Assembly (NCBI GenBank): GCA_010015805.1
Contig: ML978123.1
Location: 2,542,001 to 2,606,000, forward strand
Length of the DNA: 64,000 nucleotides
Origin: Rhizodiscina lignyota
Lineage: Eukaryota
Direction: 5' to 3'
Made by a program: the position numbers and the translations under genes. Under the pieces are notes generated by a model. That model had not been told where the DNA came from and ran no database searches. It worked only from the letters and a program-made list of their open reading frames with translations. This document shows positions 48,541-60,525 of the stretch, in pieces (within the stretch, counting starts at the first letter, position 1; every line of letters starts with the position of its first letter).

Positions 48541-49092
48541 ATGCAGTCATCGCGGACCTTTTCCAGATTATTCAGTCACCCGCCGGCTACTTCAAAACAA
48601 CTCCTTGCGCCTAATCGACCGTTTTTATCTTCATCGCGGGCTTTCCATTATGTCTCTCGCTCAAGCTCTTCGCTACGGCGTCCAGCTATACTGTCATGTC
48701 AAAAATTAAAGTCACCACAGATAAGACGACAACTTCGACATGAATCGACAGCAACTTCCTCGCAGCAAAGTGCCTCCTCATCTATCCCAAACTCAGAGCA
48801 GCCTCCGCAAGAACCTCGACCGGAGTACCAACTCACCTTTACATGCAAGAAATGCTCGACGCGCTCAACCCATAAGATATCGAAGCAAGGGTATCATCAC
48901 GGCACCGTGCTAGTACAGTGTCCAGGCTGCAAGAACAGACATTTGATCGCCGATCATCTGCAAGTATTTTCGGATAAGAGGATAACAATAGAGGACATAT
49001 TATCGAAGAAAGGAGAGACCATAAAGAAAGCTCATCTGGAAGTTAAGATTGCAGATGATGGTACAGTGGAGGTAGAGAAGGAAGGAACCTGA
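48541..49092 (+). CDS. ZIM17: Mitochondrial DNL-type zinc finger chaperone Zim17/Tim15/Hep1
   Basis: R/S-rich presequence followed by FTCKKC...ISKQGYHHGTVLVQCPGCKNRHLIADHL. Confidence 0.95.
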   Translation: MQSSRTFSRLFSHPPATSKQLLAPNRPFLSSSRAFHYVSRSSSSLRRPAILSCQKLKSPQIRRQLRHESTATSSQQSASSSIPNSEQPPQEPRPEYQLTFTCKKCSTRSTHKISKQGYHHGTVLVQCPGCKNRHLIADHLQVFSDKRITIEDILSKKGETIKKAHLEVKIADDGTVEVEKEGT

Positions 49093-49418
49093 CGAGTTAT
49101 GACGTGTAAATTGCATAGCATTGGTTGGATAGGATCATGTCGACCGCGGAGGATGCACATGAAAGGTTGCATGGACTGGACAGCATATAATAGAAGAAAG
49201 GGAGGATTGTTCTCTATTGCATAGACGGCGCTTTCGGTTGATACCCATACTCATGCTTCAACATCCAACAAAAATCTACAGATGAACACTCAATATTCAC
49301 AGAAGACCGAATGTATTATTCTCCAACAATGTGCATACAAAATGGGGAGTACCTGGGTCTGAATGTCACACTCCAAAAACGCCACGCTATGCAGATATGC
49401 TTGAAATCTTCAGTCGCC

Positions 49419-50180
49419 TCATCTTGAAAACTGGTTCTTCGTCGCAAAGGCCCTGTCATCTTGATATCTCAGCTCTTTCTCCAGCAACTCTGGATGCCTG
49501 TGCACACTGGGCATCAGGCCAAGACCAATGGCTCTCCTTATTGCCTTTGCGATTCGTCGCTGGTTCTTCGCTCGGAGGCCCGTGACACTTGAGTGTTTGA
49601 TTCGTCCCATGTCTGTCATGAATTCGGACATCAACGCGAAGTTCTGCAATAGCATAGTTAGCTTTGCCTATCTCTATACACAAAGCGCACATGATCTTGG
49701 ATGGATGGCAGAACAAGTAGTACTGACCTTATATTCCTTCCTCGGATCAATTCCCAGCATATCAAAGACATCGTACTGCGGTCTCTTCCTAGGATCCATT
49801 CTCCATTTCAACGTCTCCTGAAAGCTCAAATCGTGCGGCGAGACGATATCTCCGTCCCGGTATCGCCTTGTCGTCAATAATTTCTCCATATCCCCCCTCC
49901 TCTGCTGCTCAACAATCGATTTGCCGGTAAGCGGTTCATTCGTTTGGCGAGTAGCGGGTACAAGTTGTCGTGCGAGCGCAATGCGTGCTTGAGCAGCTTC
50001 TTTTAAAATACTAGACTGGGTGGAAACTTGTTGTGGGCGAGAAGTAGTGTCGTCTTGAAGGGCCCAGAGCGCTGCTGTAGCACTCTTTGACTGCGCGTTA
50101 AGGAGAGAGGATGAGGAAAAGGCACGGCAGCATTGCTGTCTCCTGGCGAGAAGCTTTAGTACAAGCTTAGAGGAGTTCAT
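49419..50180 (-). CDS. RSM18: Mitochondrial ribosomal protein bS18m
   Basis: Presequence, PHDLS, then DPRKEYK|NFALMSEFMTDMGRI...TGLRAKNQRRIAKAIRRAIGLGLMPSVHRHPE. One intron about 49644-49727. Confidence 0.93.
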
Positions 50181-51295
50181 GGCCGCACGATTGTCTGCAT
50201 AACGATGCGATTGAGATAGGTTCTGGGGGAGCTAAAAAGTTCGACGCGCGCTTTTTGGAGCTCCGAGAAGGGGCTTGGCACCGAGCTTCATCCGCACAAC
50301 TGGAGGCGCACTTCATCGACGACGGTTGTTTCCGTTTAGCTGCATTCTGCTCGAACGTGCTGTGATATAATGATGAAAGATCTTATATCCTACTTCATAC
50401 TAAGCTTTGGACGGTAAATTGACTACTGGTTTTCTCAATTATCCTCAGCCTCGTTCCCCAATATGAAGCCTGTTTCGTTGAATCGTGTCTCCCTTTGTCA
50501 GGCTGAACCATCTCAGATTTCTGTCTACAACTATCCAACTTTATCAGCTGAATATCATGATTTGGGTTCTGCTCTTATATTTGCTACTTTAAACTGGAAA
50601 ATTAATATTGTATCTGATTCTTTTCTCTCTATACCTGTTTGTTCCTCTATATCTTTCTGGCTGAGCTACCAGAACTGGGTGGAGATATCGATTGATTCCT
50701 CTCTCATTGCCGCTTATTTTGTGGTCTTTTTGGGATCCGATCTTCTCTCTTTTCTGAGGCGTGAAACGGAGTCACTGGCCCAACACTCGATGGGACAGGG
50801 CTCTACACCCCTAGCGATACTACAGCTATGGTTATTATTTGCGCTCTTCTATATGCAATCATGTTACTCGTTACTCGTTTCACAATTACCAAACCAATAG
50901 TGGAGGTTGTTGGCATTCATGCCAATGGGAAAGCCTTCCTGGAGTTCTATGTATTCTCGTTCCTCGTTCTGAATTTGTTGTGATATTGACGTATTATGCC
51001 GCGGTGCATGACTCGAAAGGGAATGGAAACCCGCTTGGGCCGAGAGGCTGGGATAGTATTAGCAATGGAGTCGAAAATGTTCCTACGCCGGGCCCACGTC
51101 AGGCACGAGTAATGAAGGCTCAAGGGGTACTTTGGTTGAGTTGATTGAAAGAGAACAATCTATGAAAGGATAAGAAGAAGATGTATGATCTGGAGTTATG
51201 ACGCTAGTTGCGTACCGGAAGGTGTATAGAAACGGTGCAACACCCATTGACACAATCTACGTCACCGTCGACATAATGCACTGTATTTATGTGAC

Positions 51296-52356
51296 ATGCG
51301 AAGCATATGGAGATATCACAGCGCGCTTGGCACCAAACACCACTTAGGGAAACAGCATAAGGACCTCTCGGACTTTCCAATCCTTCAAACTTCTGTAATT
51401 CTTCTACGTCAGACGTTTCTCTTAAACACGTTGCGGAATTTCTTCAGGATGGCGGGGAAGGCATCAGGAGATGCAGTCTCCTCAGAAAGGCGTAAAAGAT
51501 TTCTCGATCCGTTCCACACGTTGCGGAACTTCTTCAGGTTGAAGGCGAAGGCATCAGGAGATGTAGTCTTTTCGGATGAAGGTATGTCTCCTTGATAAAT
51601 AGATGGACTGTCACATCACTGACAACGAAACACTCAGCAGCACAAGCCCGGGCGCCCCTTCGACAGGGGGAAGGATTTCTCGATCTTCCTGCGGAGATCC
51701 GTAACCAAATTTACGAGTATGCTGTGCCAAAATCAATCGACTGGAAGCGTAAGGAGAAACTCGAATACAAGTGTGGTCTCTGGATAGCGAACAAGCAGAC
51801 ACACCAAGAAATCCGCGGCCTTATTCTAGAGAACACCACCTTCGTTATGCACTCTCCAACGATTTCCTTTCTCAACGCCGAGTTCAATGAGTCAGGCGCT
51901 GAGCGTCTTCGAAAGCTACACATCACGATCCACATCGACGCAAAGATGTACCAACCGTGGTCATCAGGAGACTGGAGAATGGCCGAAGATACGCTGAAAA
52001 AACTCATACGTTTCAGAGGCCTCCGAACGCTGACTGTGGAGCTGCACCACTGGAAATACAAGGTTGTGCGCTCCATTAAGGGATTCGGCTCCCCGCTGCC
52101 TGATAAAAAGTCTATGTCTCCTCTTCACGAGTACCAGTTTATCGACCCTGATGAAGCATCTCAGTACCATGAGACACTCTTGGAATCAACAGGCCTGGAC
52201 AGCGTCGTCATCAAGTGGACTGACCACTGTGGGCACGAGCATGATTGGCCACCCTATACACACCGATCACGCTCTAGAACTGAGGGGATAATCGCCGTGG
52301 CCAAGCATAAAGAGATAAAAATCTTGGAGTTTCTGGTGGGAGCCTGGGGACCTTAA
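51296..52356 (+). CDS. Fungal F-box-like (FLDLPAEIRNQIY motif) hypothetical protein
   Basis: Exon 1 joins the 51592 ORF in frame through intron 51582-51638 (GTATGT...CTGAC...CAG). Contains FLDLPAEIRNQIYEY and NKQTHQEIRGL. Start is uncertain (51296 or 51449). Confidence 0.7.
51426..51576 (+). repeat. Two-copy direct repeat, 90-bp period, about 60 bp of similarity
   Basis: acacgttgcggaa(t/c)ttcttcagg...gaaggcatcaggagatg(c/t)agtct at 51426 and at 51516. Confidence 0.9.
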
Positions 52357-53138
52357 GTTGTCGACGACGCAGAGTTCAGTGGAGCAGGCCGGCGCTCTTC
52401 CGGAGGAATGGATGTGATGTCGAAGGCTTTTGAACATCCTGTCAATGCGGGCTTTGTTGCCAGGTAGATGTGTCGTTGTGGATGGAAGATATTGGACGCA
52501 GCAAGGTGAAACCGAAAGCAACAGTTATCCACAGAATATGGATAGCTTAGTCATCACCGTGATCAGTGATGAGTTCGAAAGAGCTAGTTTCTCGTGAGCG
52601 TATGAGACCTGCAACCAACCAGCGTCTCTTTTCCGAGACAACGAGAAGTAGAGTAGAATCACGGGTAGTAACAACCTTAGATGTGAACCTACTAATATAT
52701 AGAAGCTTTTTAGAATCCTAAAGGTGAATTCACAGGGCGGGTTATGTAATAGACTATTCGCTCGCGGGAAAACAGCTCCTTCAAGACAATATTCACATCC
52801 GAGCGGCACCCGGAAGTAACTCAATTTCTAAGAGGCCCGTACCGAAACGTGGATGGTTGTGCCCCGGAACGGCTCCCTCTCCGGGTGCCTCTCTGCGTGG
52901 CTGGAGCTTAGCTCCGTTATGGCTTGGCGTCGAAGTGCTTCATTGTAGGTACTCTTGCAGAATATTTCCTGCAAAAGTTTGCCGCAAACCCACCACATTT
53001 TCTTGTACAATTCTTCTTCTAGATCAGAGCGTATTCTTTGAGCAATGTCACTGCAAAATTCTTGAATCTCTGTTCTCTTTCGAACGCCCACCTGGCGCGT
53101 CATCCAGTCCTTCCGTCAACGCGCCCTGAGCTATCAGA

Positions 53139-55595
53139 ATGCGTTCACACCTCACTCGCCTCGTCTTCCGGCACCTAGTTTATGGCCGACCTATTGTCCA
53201 CCGCGGCTGCCTTTACACATCGCGCATCACTAATCGCCTCAATGGCCCACCTGCATCAATCGCCGCCCAGCGCCGTACTTTCTTCGGCTTCTTCAACGTC
53301 GGCCGCGATGCACGATCCAAGAAGCAGGATACCGCCCCAGGGCTCGCGAAAATGAAGCGTCTGACGGAATCGCAAGTGATGGATTCGCGTCCCCCGAATA
53401 TAGAAGAGTTGGCTCCGGCGTTAAGGGAGTTTTTCAAATACAAGGTGGCGAAAGAGACGGCTCTAGACGACATTGAGGCCAGCTACGTCAGGGATACGAT
53501 GGAGCATCTTCAGAAGCACAAGCAGAGTGATGGAAAGCCGTGGTTGAGTGTGGATGATTTGTTGTTGGTTCGGACAATCTTCCGGCCGCTGCCGTTTGAA
53601 GATGTCTCAATTGTGCATAAGGCTGTCGCGAACCTGATGTTGACTGAAATCAACGAGAGACTATCCAATGGCGCTAAAGGCTCCAAAGTCTCATACGAGC
53701 AGAATATGGAACTGATTCCCGCCGTCATCGCGGTACTCTGCCACACTCAGCAGGCTCTATTAGCGAAAGATTGGCTGAAGACGACACTGAGAAGCATCAC
53801 GGCTACACCTGACGTCTTAAAGGACACGGTATGCGTTTTGCTTGCAGGCCTTCTGAGGCAAGACGCGGATGAGTCTGTTATACTGGATACACTGGAACTC
53901 GCTGGACCAGATAAAACCCCGAATATGAAAGGCCAGATGGTCAGTTATTATGCAAAGCGCGGCATGATACCCGAAGCACTACACTGGTTTAATCAATTAG
54001 AAAAAGAGAAGAGAAGCTGGGGACTGGTTTGGCTCCTGGATTCATGCACTAGGACGAAAGACGAGAGTCTAGGCCATCAACTAATTCGCGACTATCTGGA
54101 ATATTTTCTAGGATCCAAACATATTTGGATGGCCGTCTTCCGTTTCGCAGCTGGGACTGGCCGTGGCACCGAGGAGGTTGATCGTATGATGACAATAATG
54201 GAGAAGCGCAAACCAGTTTCTGCAAATTGGGAAGTCGATAACGCCATTATAAACAACCTGGTGGAATTTGCCATGATGCAAAAAGATCCTTATCTTGCAG
54301 AGCGATTCATAGCATTGGGTGAGAAACGGGGCGTAAAACCAGATGCTCGCACGTTCTCTCTGCAGATAGAGTATCGCTTGTCAGTTGACGACGTTGATGG
54401 CGCGCTTGCCTCGTACAAGCAAATCAAGAATCTGCTCCGGTCAGACGATGACTCCGATGCAAACAATGCTGCCGAGATCGCGGCAATCAATCATCTCGTC
54501 CAAGGCATGTGCCGGGTGGAAAGGCGCTACTCCTTTCAGCAAATCATGGACATTGTCGATGATCTCTCAGACAAACCGAAGACTTCATTCGAACCTAAGA
54601 CTGTATCGTGTCTATGCATCCTCCATCTTCGACGAGAAGAATACCACGACGTTGTCGACCTGCTTGACACCCATACTCAGAAATATAGCTTAGTCGATCG
54701 AGCCATGATTCGCGACGCCTTCGTGGGGCACTGTTTGGACCGGCGCAACAGTATCGCAAAGGTCTGGGATGCATACATGATCTTCCGCCAGGTTTTCAGC
54801 TACGAGACGAACCGCGAGATCCGCACGCGGATCATGAATGAGTTCTATGCGCGCCGGAGGCCGGACATGGCCTTCCACGTCTTCGAGCACATGCGGACCC
54901 ATCCGTCGGTCCCGTCCCAAGGGATCCGCGTTGACAAGGACACCTATATCGAGGCGTTCAAAGGTATCGCGAGAACAGCAGACGCAGAGACTCTAGAGCA
55001 AGTACACAACCTGCTGAAGCTTGACCCGGAGGTTGAACCCGACACGATAATCAACAACGCGCTGATGATGGCGTATATCGGTGCCCAAGACTCGTACCGC
55101 GCCCTTGAGATCTGGGAGGAGATCATGGACAGCAAAGAAGGGCCGAGCTACAATTCCATCCTAATTGCCTTCCGAGCGTGTGAGAGCCACCCCATCGGCG
55201 CTGAAAAGGCTCGCGCGATTTGGGAGCGCATCTTAGGGTTCGACATTGAGATCACGCGGGATGTCTTCAACGCGTGGCTGTGCTGCTTGGCGGCAAGAGG
55301 GCAGAACAAGGAGCTGGAAGAGTGGATCAAGCGGGCTGGGGAGTTTAATACGGAGATCGACTTCCAGATGTAAATTCACTTTCCATTTGATATTTCTGAA
55401 ACGGAGGCTAACAAGCATAGGATGGGCTCTCTAATCAACGCCTGCCGCTCGCCTTATGACCAGGGACACTTGGAGCAGTTCATGACGGAAAATGGACACA
55501 AGGATATCATCACAGAGATCGCTAGCGGTCCGAGCAGGCTCAGGAGAAATGGCTCAAGGACGTTCAGCGCCATCGATCGCTCGCTTCAGCCTTAA
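53139..55595 (+). CDS. CIA84: Mitochondrial complex I intermediate-associated protein CIA84 (PPR-like)
   Basis: MRSHLTRLVFR...QRRTFFGFF presequence, KDPYLAERFIALG and helical PPR-like repeats. Intron about 55370-55420; last exon ends IDRSLQP*. Confidence 0.85.
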
Positions 55596-56254
55596 AGCTT
55601 CCAAGTGTCTGAACGCGAATATGTTCAATTGCGGTTCCACTACTACCATCGACTGGAGTCCCTTCATGCGTTCAACCAGGGGTGACACCCATGCTCCATC
55701 CCATTCGCACTCGCATTTACGTTAACTGCATTAGCCATGTGGGCCACGTTTCCTACGTGGTTAACGCGTCGACTGTGAATGGAACGGAGAGCGTGCATCC
55801 CCCGCAACGGCGTGATGCAAACGCACGCCCCGCGTGGATTCTGGATACTCAATCTACGATCCTACCCAGAATTACTGTTGCATGTGCCTCTAAAAGTGGC
55901 GAAGTATCTATGCACAGACCGTTTCGAGAAAGTCGATCTTCCACTATCAAGTTAAGGGCTTTAGTGAAGGTGTTGTAGCGTCTGATCGCAAAGATATGGG
56001 AAGACAGACGCATGAAGATCCTATGAGCCACCTTATCGGACGAAACGAGATGGAGGTGGAACATTGTCTATACACGCTGAGAAGTAATCCACACACATAT
56101 GTACATCAAACCAGCTACGGTTACAAGCCCATAGAGGGCACCAATTCGCGAGCCGAGTTTCCTGCATTGCACAAAAGACGTATTGTACAGAGCTTTTATC
56201 AAAAACCGTTCATGAACCCCTTTCTCCGTCTCTTAAAACCCATGACGTCCAATA

Positions 56255-57704
56255 TCACTTCCGTCTCTTCATAACCTTCTCGCACATATCCACCAGCCCC
56301 TGCTTCGCCTCGCTCTCCGGAAATATGGACAGCGCGCCAATCGCGCGATCGACATATGCCTGAGCCAACGCACGCGTCTGTTCCAATCCTCTCGAGGCGA
56401 GAACAATTTCTCTAGCCTGGCATTATTGTCAGTAAAACTTTGCCCCGTAGTGTCGGACGAGAAAACCGTTAGTCAAGAGCTCGCCAGGCACTCACCTTCT
56501 GAACATCTCCCTTCCCAGCAAACTTTCTCCCCACGAGCTTCCCCAACTCCCTTTCCTCCTCCCACGCAAATAGCAACGGCGCTGTCGCTAGCCCCAGCTC
56601 CAAATCAGCACCCGCTGGTTTCCCCAGCTCCGCTCCCGATATCGTGTAATCCAGCATATCATCAACCAATTGAAACGCCAGTCCGATGTTCTTGCCGTAC
56701 ACATACGCCGCCTCGACTGCTTCCGGTGTATCCCTCGCGGGTCCTAATAAAGCAGCAGCTCGACAGGATTTCGAGATGAGCGAAGCAGACTTGAGATATG
56801 TCTTCTGCAGGTAGTACTCCATCGTATCCGGGCTCCACTCTGGGCATTTCTCGTCATGCGCCGTGTTCTTCAGCTGCATGAACTCGCCTTCGACCAGGTT
56901 CGCAATCACAGTCGCGAGCAGCTCGATAACCTGCGGGTCGCGCAGGCGCGCGAGCGCCACAGAGGCTCGACCGAGCAGGAAGTCGCCCGCGAGCACGGCC
57001 ATTTTGTTGCCGAAGGCAATATTGGCCGAAGGAGACGAGCGGCGGGACAATGAGTGGTCGATGACATCGTCGTGGAGGAGAGATGCGGTGTGTATGAGCT
57101 CTGTTATCTCTGCGAGCCGCCGCTGGGACGGCAGAATGGAGGGATCTGACGTATCGTCTGGTGTGGATGGGGATGTCAAGGGACCGAAGGGTTCGGGGTC
57201 CTGGGAGGGGTTGTTGTCCGCGAGGACTTTTGCGGGAGAAATGGGAGCGTTGATTGTCTCTTGTGGTGGAGGGGAGTACGAGGCCGTCGTGGTGGGTATA
57301 CAGGCCGTTGCTCGAGACATAAGGAGCACGAGCATTGGTCGTACATATTTTCCTTCTGATTGGGTGTAGTATTTTGCCACCGTATCAAGCATAGGATGTC
57401 CCGAACCCAACAGGCTTCGTATATTCTTCGTGAGGAATTTGAGCTCCTTTGCAACTATCTTGAGTGGATCGACCGGTATTGGTGAATTTTGCTGCTCTGG
57501 CGCATTGAAGTAACTCTTCGCCGCCGATACGGCCGCGGCAAGGCCGGACTGAGTGCGCCGCCGCGCTGGATGATAGTACAACGAGACGACATGGCTAGGA
57601 AACTGCTGGTAGAGGCATTGCGAGCAGAGCGGCGTGCGGAGGAGAGGTGCGGCGATGGGGGTGAGACGAGCGAGCTTCGAAGCTCGCGTGGTGGGTCTAT
57701 GCAT
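56255..57704 (-). CDS. COQ1: Polyprenyl diphosphate synthase (ubiquinone side chain)
   Basis: GKYVRP, ELIHTASLLHDDVID (FARM), AFQLVDDMLDY (SARM) and ADLELGLATAP. One intron about 56417-56495. Confidence 0.96.
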
Positions 57705-58142
57705 CTGCGTAGAGCATCTGTGAGGGCACCCAAATCCCAAGAGGCTAAACTTCCAAACTCAATTGAAGCAGTAGAAACTATCTTGACAGCTCTGGACGAC
57801 TATAAAGTCGATGACTGGCGTTGAGAAAAAAGTTACGGCCGTTCTAGACGACGAGCAAATAGATGACGCTAAAACGCTGCAAGTATCGGAAGATGCCGCG
57901 TACCTTGCGTATTCCGCGTATCGTTACTTTAGTACATACTAGGAAGCTAAGTAGGAGCACCCGAGAGCTGTGGATATGGGTGATGTGGGTACCCGATTTT
58001 AGGTGCAGCTGGCCCAAGATTCGGTTGATCTCCGGGTGCCTCCGTTACTTCTAGGCAGATAGGCTACTAGCTTCTTCGTGCCCGTACCGCAACTCGATGA
58101 CTCCATCCTAACGGCTCAACTCTCTCCCTCGCTCCAACAAAC

Positions 58143-58970
58143 ATGGTGCTTCTATGCATGACTCCCGCCATCGTGGCAGCAGTCACGAAATACCAGGACC
58201 TAAAGAACGCGTCAGAGTCAGACGACAAACCTCCCAGAACACCAGACGAGCCTTCCCTCGACGACCCAGCTGAAGGCAACTCAATATCTCACTTTCAGCT
58301 CGTCGAGATATCCAAGTTCCTCCTCTCCCACAATCATACTGATGACGTATCGGAAGACGGCGATGGCCAGAATCACGACAGAATACGCGACCAATACCGC
58401 ATTTCCAGCCTTCTCCGCGGTGCATCATTCTATAACCCACCACCTGCTCCCAAACCCGCGCCATCGTCAGAATACCAAGCACTTATGGCACGACTACGAG
58501 CCGCCGAAGAGCAAAAATCCTATGAACGAATGCTGAATCCATTGCCGCCTGCACAGTCGTTCTACGAGCGCTTTCCCAATGCGCATAACGTAGACAGCAA
58601 CGATCAAGAGGACGACGTCACATACGCGGATGTCGACAGGCAGCTTACGCTGATAATCAATGTGTTGGTGACTGTTGTCGCGTGCGGCATTGCAATTTGG
58701 ATCATTGCACGACGATGGAGCGCGCCAGCTCGACTGGGACTGAGCATGAGTGGCGCGATTCTTGTAGCTGTCGCAGAAGTGGTGGTATACACGGGCTACC
58801 TACGACGGGTGAAAGAGGCTAAGGGAAAGGAGAAGCGCAAGATTGAGAACAAAGAGATTGTGGAGACGTGGGTCATTGAGGGAAAGAGCATGCCGGACAG
58901 GCCGAAAGTGATTGGTGAAGTGCTGGGACAGGATCCTAAAGATGCTGTAAGGAGGAGGAAGGCGAGATAA
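58143..58970 (+). CDS. VMA12: V-ATPase ER assembly factor Vma12/Vph2
   Basis: MVLLCMTPAI start, SSEYQALMARLR...YERM, and two C-terminal TM helices (QLTLIINVLVTV; LVAVAEVVVY). Confidence 0.88.
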   Translation: MVLLCMTPAIVAAVTKYQDLKNASESDDKPPRTPDEPSLDDPAEGNSISHFQLVEISKFLLSHNHTDDVSEDGDGQNHDRIRDQYRISSLLRGASFYNPPPAPKPAPSSEYQALMARLRAAEEQKSYERMLNPLPPAQSFYERFPNAHNVDSNDQEDDVTYADVDRQLTLIINVLVTVVACGIAIWIIARRWSAPARLGLSMSGAILVAVAEVVVYTGYLRRVKEAKGKEKRKIENKEIVETWVIEGKSMPDRPKVIGEVLGQDPKDAVRRRKAR

Positions 58971-59179
58971 AAGAATAATGAATTGAGGGCAAATGCTGAT
59001 TTTATTTGACTGCAAAAATTTCGCATGCTGGTTCTCTACCCCATGCAGCATCCATCTTGAGTTGAAAGGCTATAGCTATCCGACTTCTAGCTCTAACGAC
59101 CTCGTTAGTGCCACTTCGAAGCCTCTACTTCCTTCACATCTCTCAACCCTCGCGCAACCCTCGATCAACCTCGCAACCC

Positions 59180-60063
59180 TCAAATCTTCGCCTTAGCCGG
59201 CCGACTCGTCACCCTACCATGCACATAGCTGATCCCCCTTATTCTCTGCTGCGCATCACCATACAGCTCATTCCTCAGCAAACTATAGACGCCCATCTTC
59301 GCCCTCGGCGCCACCTCGCGTGCCTTCGCTAAGGCAACTTCGAACATTTTGTCCGGCGGGGCGATGGCGTCGACGATGCCAGCCTCGAACGCCTCTTTGC
59401 CGGTGAACTTGTGCGCTTCGAGCAGGAGCTTGCGGGCGACTTGGGGGTGCAGCTTGCCACGAGGGAGGAGGCCGATGCCGTCGAAGTGGAGGCCGAGGTT
59501 TATGGGGGGCTGAGGGGTGAGATGTTAGTAAAGGATCGATCATAAGTCAAAAGTACAACGAGCAGGACACCATGCTAGACGGTTTTGTATGGCAGGGGGA
59601 ACGTACCATGGAGAAGAATCCCCTGTTGGCATTCATGATGCGGTAGTCGTGTGCCAAAGCGTAAGGGCATGCACCACCAAAGGTGTGACCAGTGAGTAAA
59701 GCGATGGTGGGGAAAGGAAAGTCAAGGATCGTAGCAATCAGAGGGTAGAAGCCGTCGCTGTTCGCATACGGATTGGTGTCCGTCTCATCGAGTTCCAGAC
59801 CCTGTCATATGCACCTTCAAGTCAGATAGTGGAAAACGAGGCATGGAGCAGATCAAGCTCACGGTACACCAAAACTTCGCATCATTCCCTCTCGTGATCA
59901 CACATCCTTCTGTGTCTGTGCCCAATTCCTTCTCAATGTCTCGGAATGCCCTGATAATTTCTTGTGCGTAGCGCTGGTTCAGTCGGTTCTCTGGTGGCTT
60001 CTGCATCGTGATCACGAAGACCTGGCCATGTCTGTCGACTGAGAGCTGCTCGTACGGACCCAT
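59180..60063 (-). CDS. Crotonase-family enoyl-CoA hydratase/isomerase, peroxisomal (PTS1 -AKI)
   Basis: PPENRL, KFWCT|GLELD, LDFPFPTIALLTGHTFGGACPYALAHDYRIM and PPINLGLHF; C-terminus RPAKAKI*. Two introns. Confidence 0.9.
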
Positions 60064-60196
60064 GATTGCTGCTTGTCCTTCAAACTGTCTCGTCGGAATG
60101 TCGTTGGTACAGGGCCACGCGACGTTACTGAGTTACAATTGAGAGGTGAGGTCGAGCAGACAACCCTGCAGCTCAAACTGCGGGACAATCGAGGCG

Positions 60197-60202
60197 CCGA
60201 GG
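60197..60202. promoter_or_regulatory. FarA/FarB (CTF1)-type CCGAGG element
   Basis: CCGAGG 134 bp upstream of the crotonase ATG. It matches the known fatty-acid regulon core CCTCGG, but a single hexamer is weak evidence. Confidence 0.45.
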
Positions 60203-60525
60203 CTGGGAGCTGTGCTACTCCCACCAGGTGGACGATCTGGCTCCGGCTATGCCAAGGGCATCCGTGGCGTGGAGAAGGTGAATAATTGTGGGTTGCTAAG
60301 TGCGGGGTTTTTCGTCGCCGGTTGTTTTCGGTTCACTCGGTCGAAAAGGCGTTATGTACCCACGACCTGGGTCGCACGTGGAGAAAGGCCTGGACCCACA
60401 TCATCGGGAGCTCGCAGCCGCATGCAAAAATTATGCTTCTCAAAAAGCCCGTGGTAGCTCGGAGATATTGGCTTTGGAGGACGGTGATTTTGAAAAGAGT
60501 CCAGAATCGATCTAGGGCATCAGCC

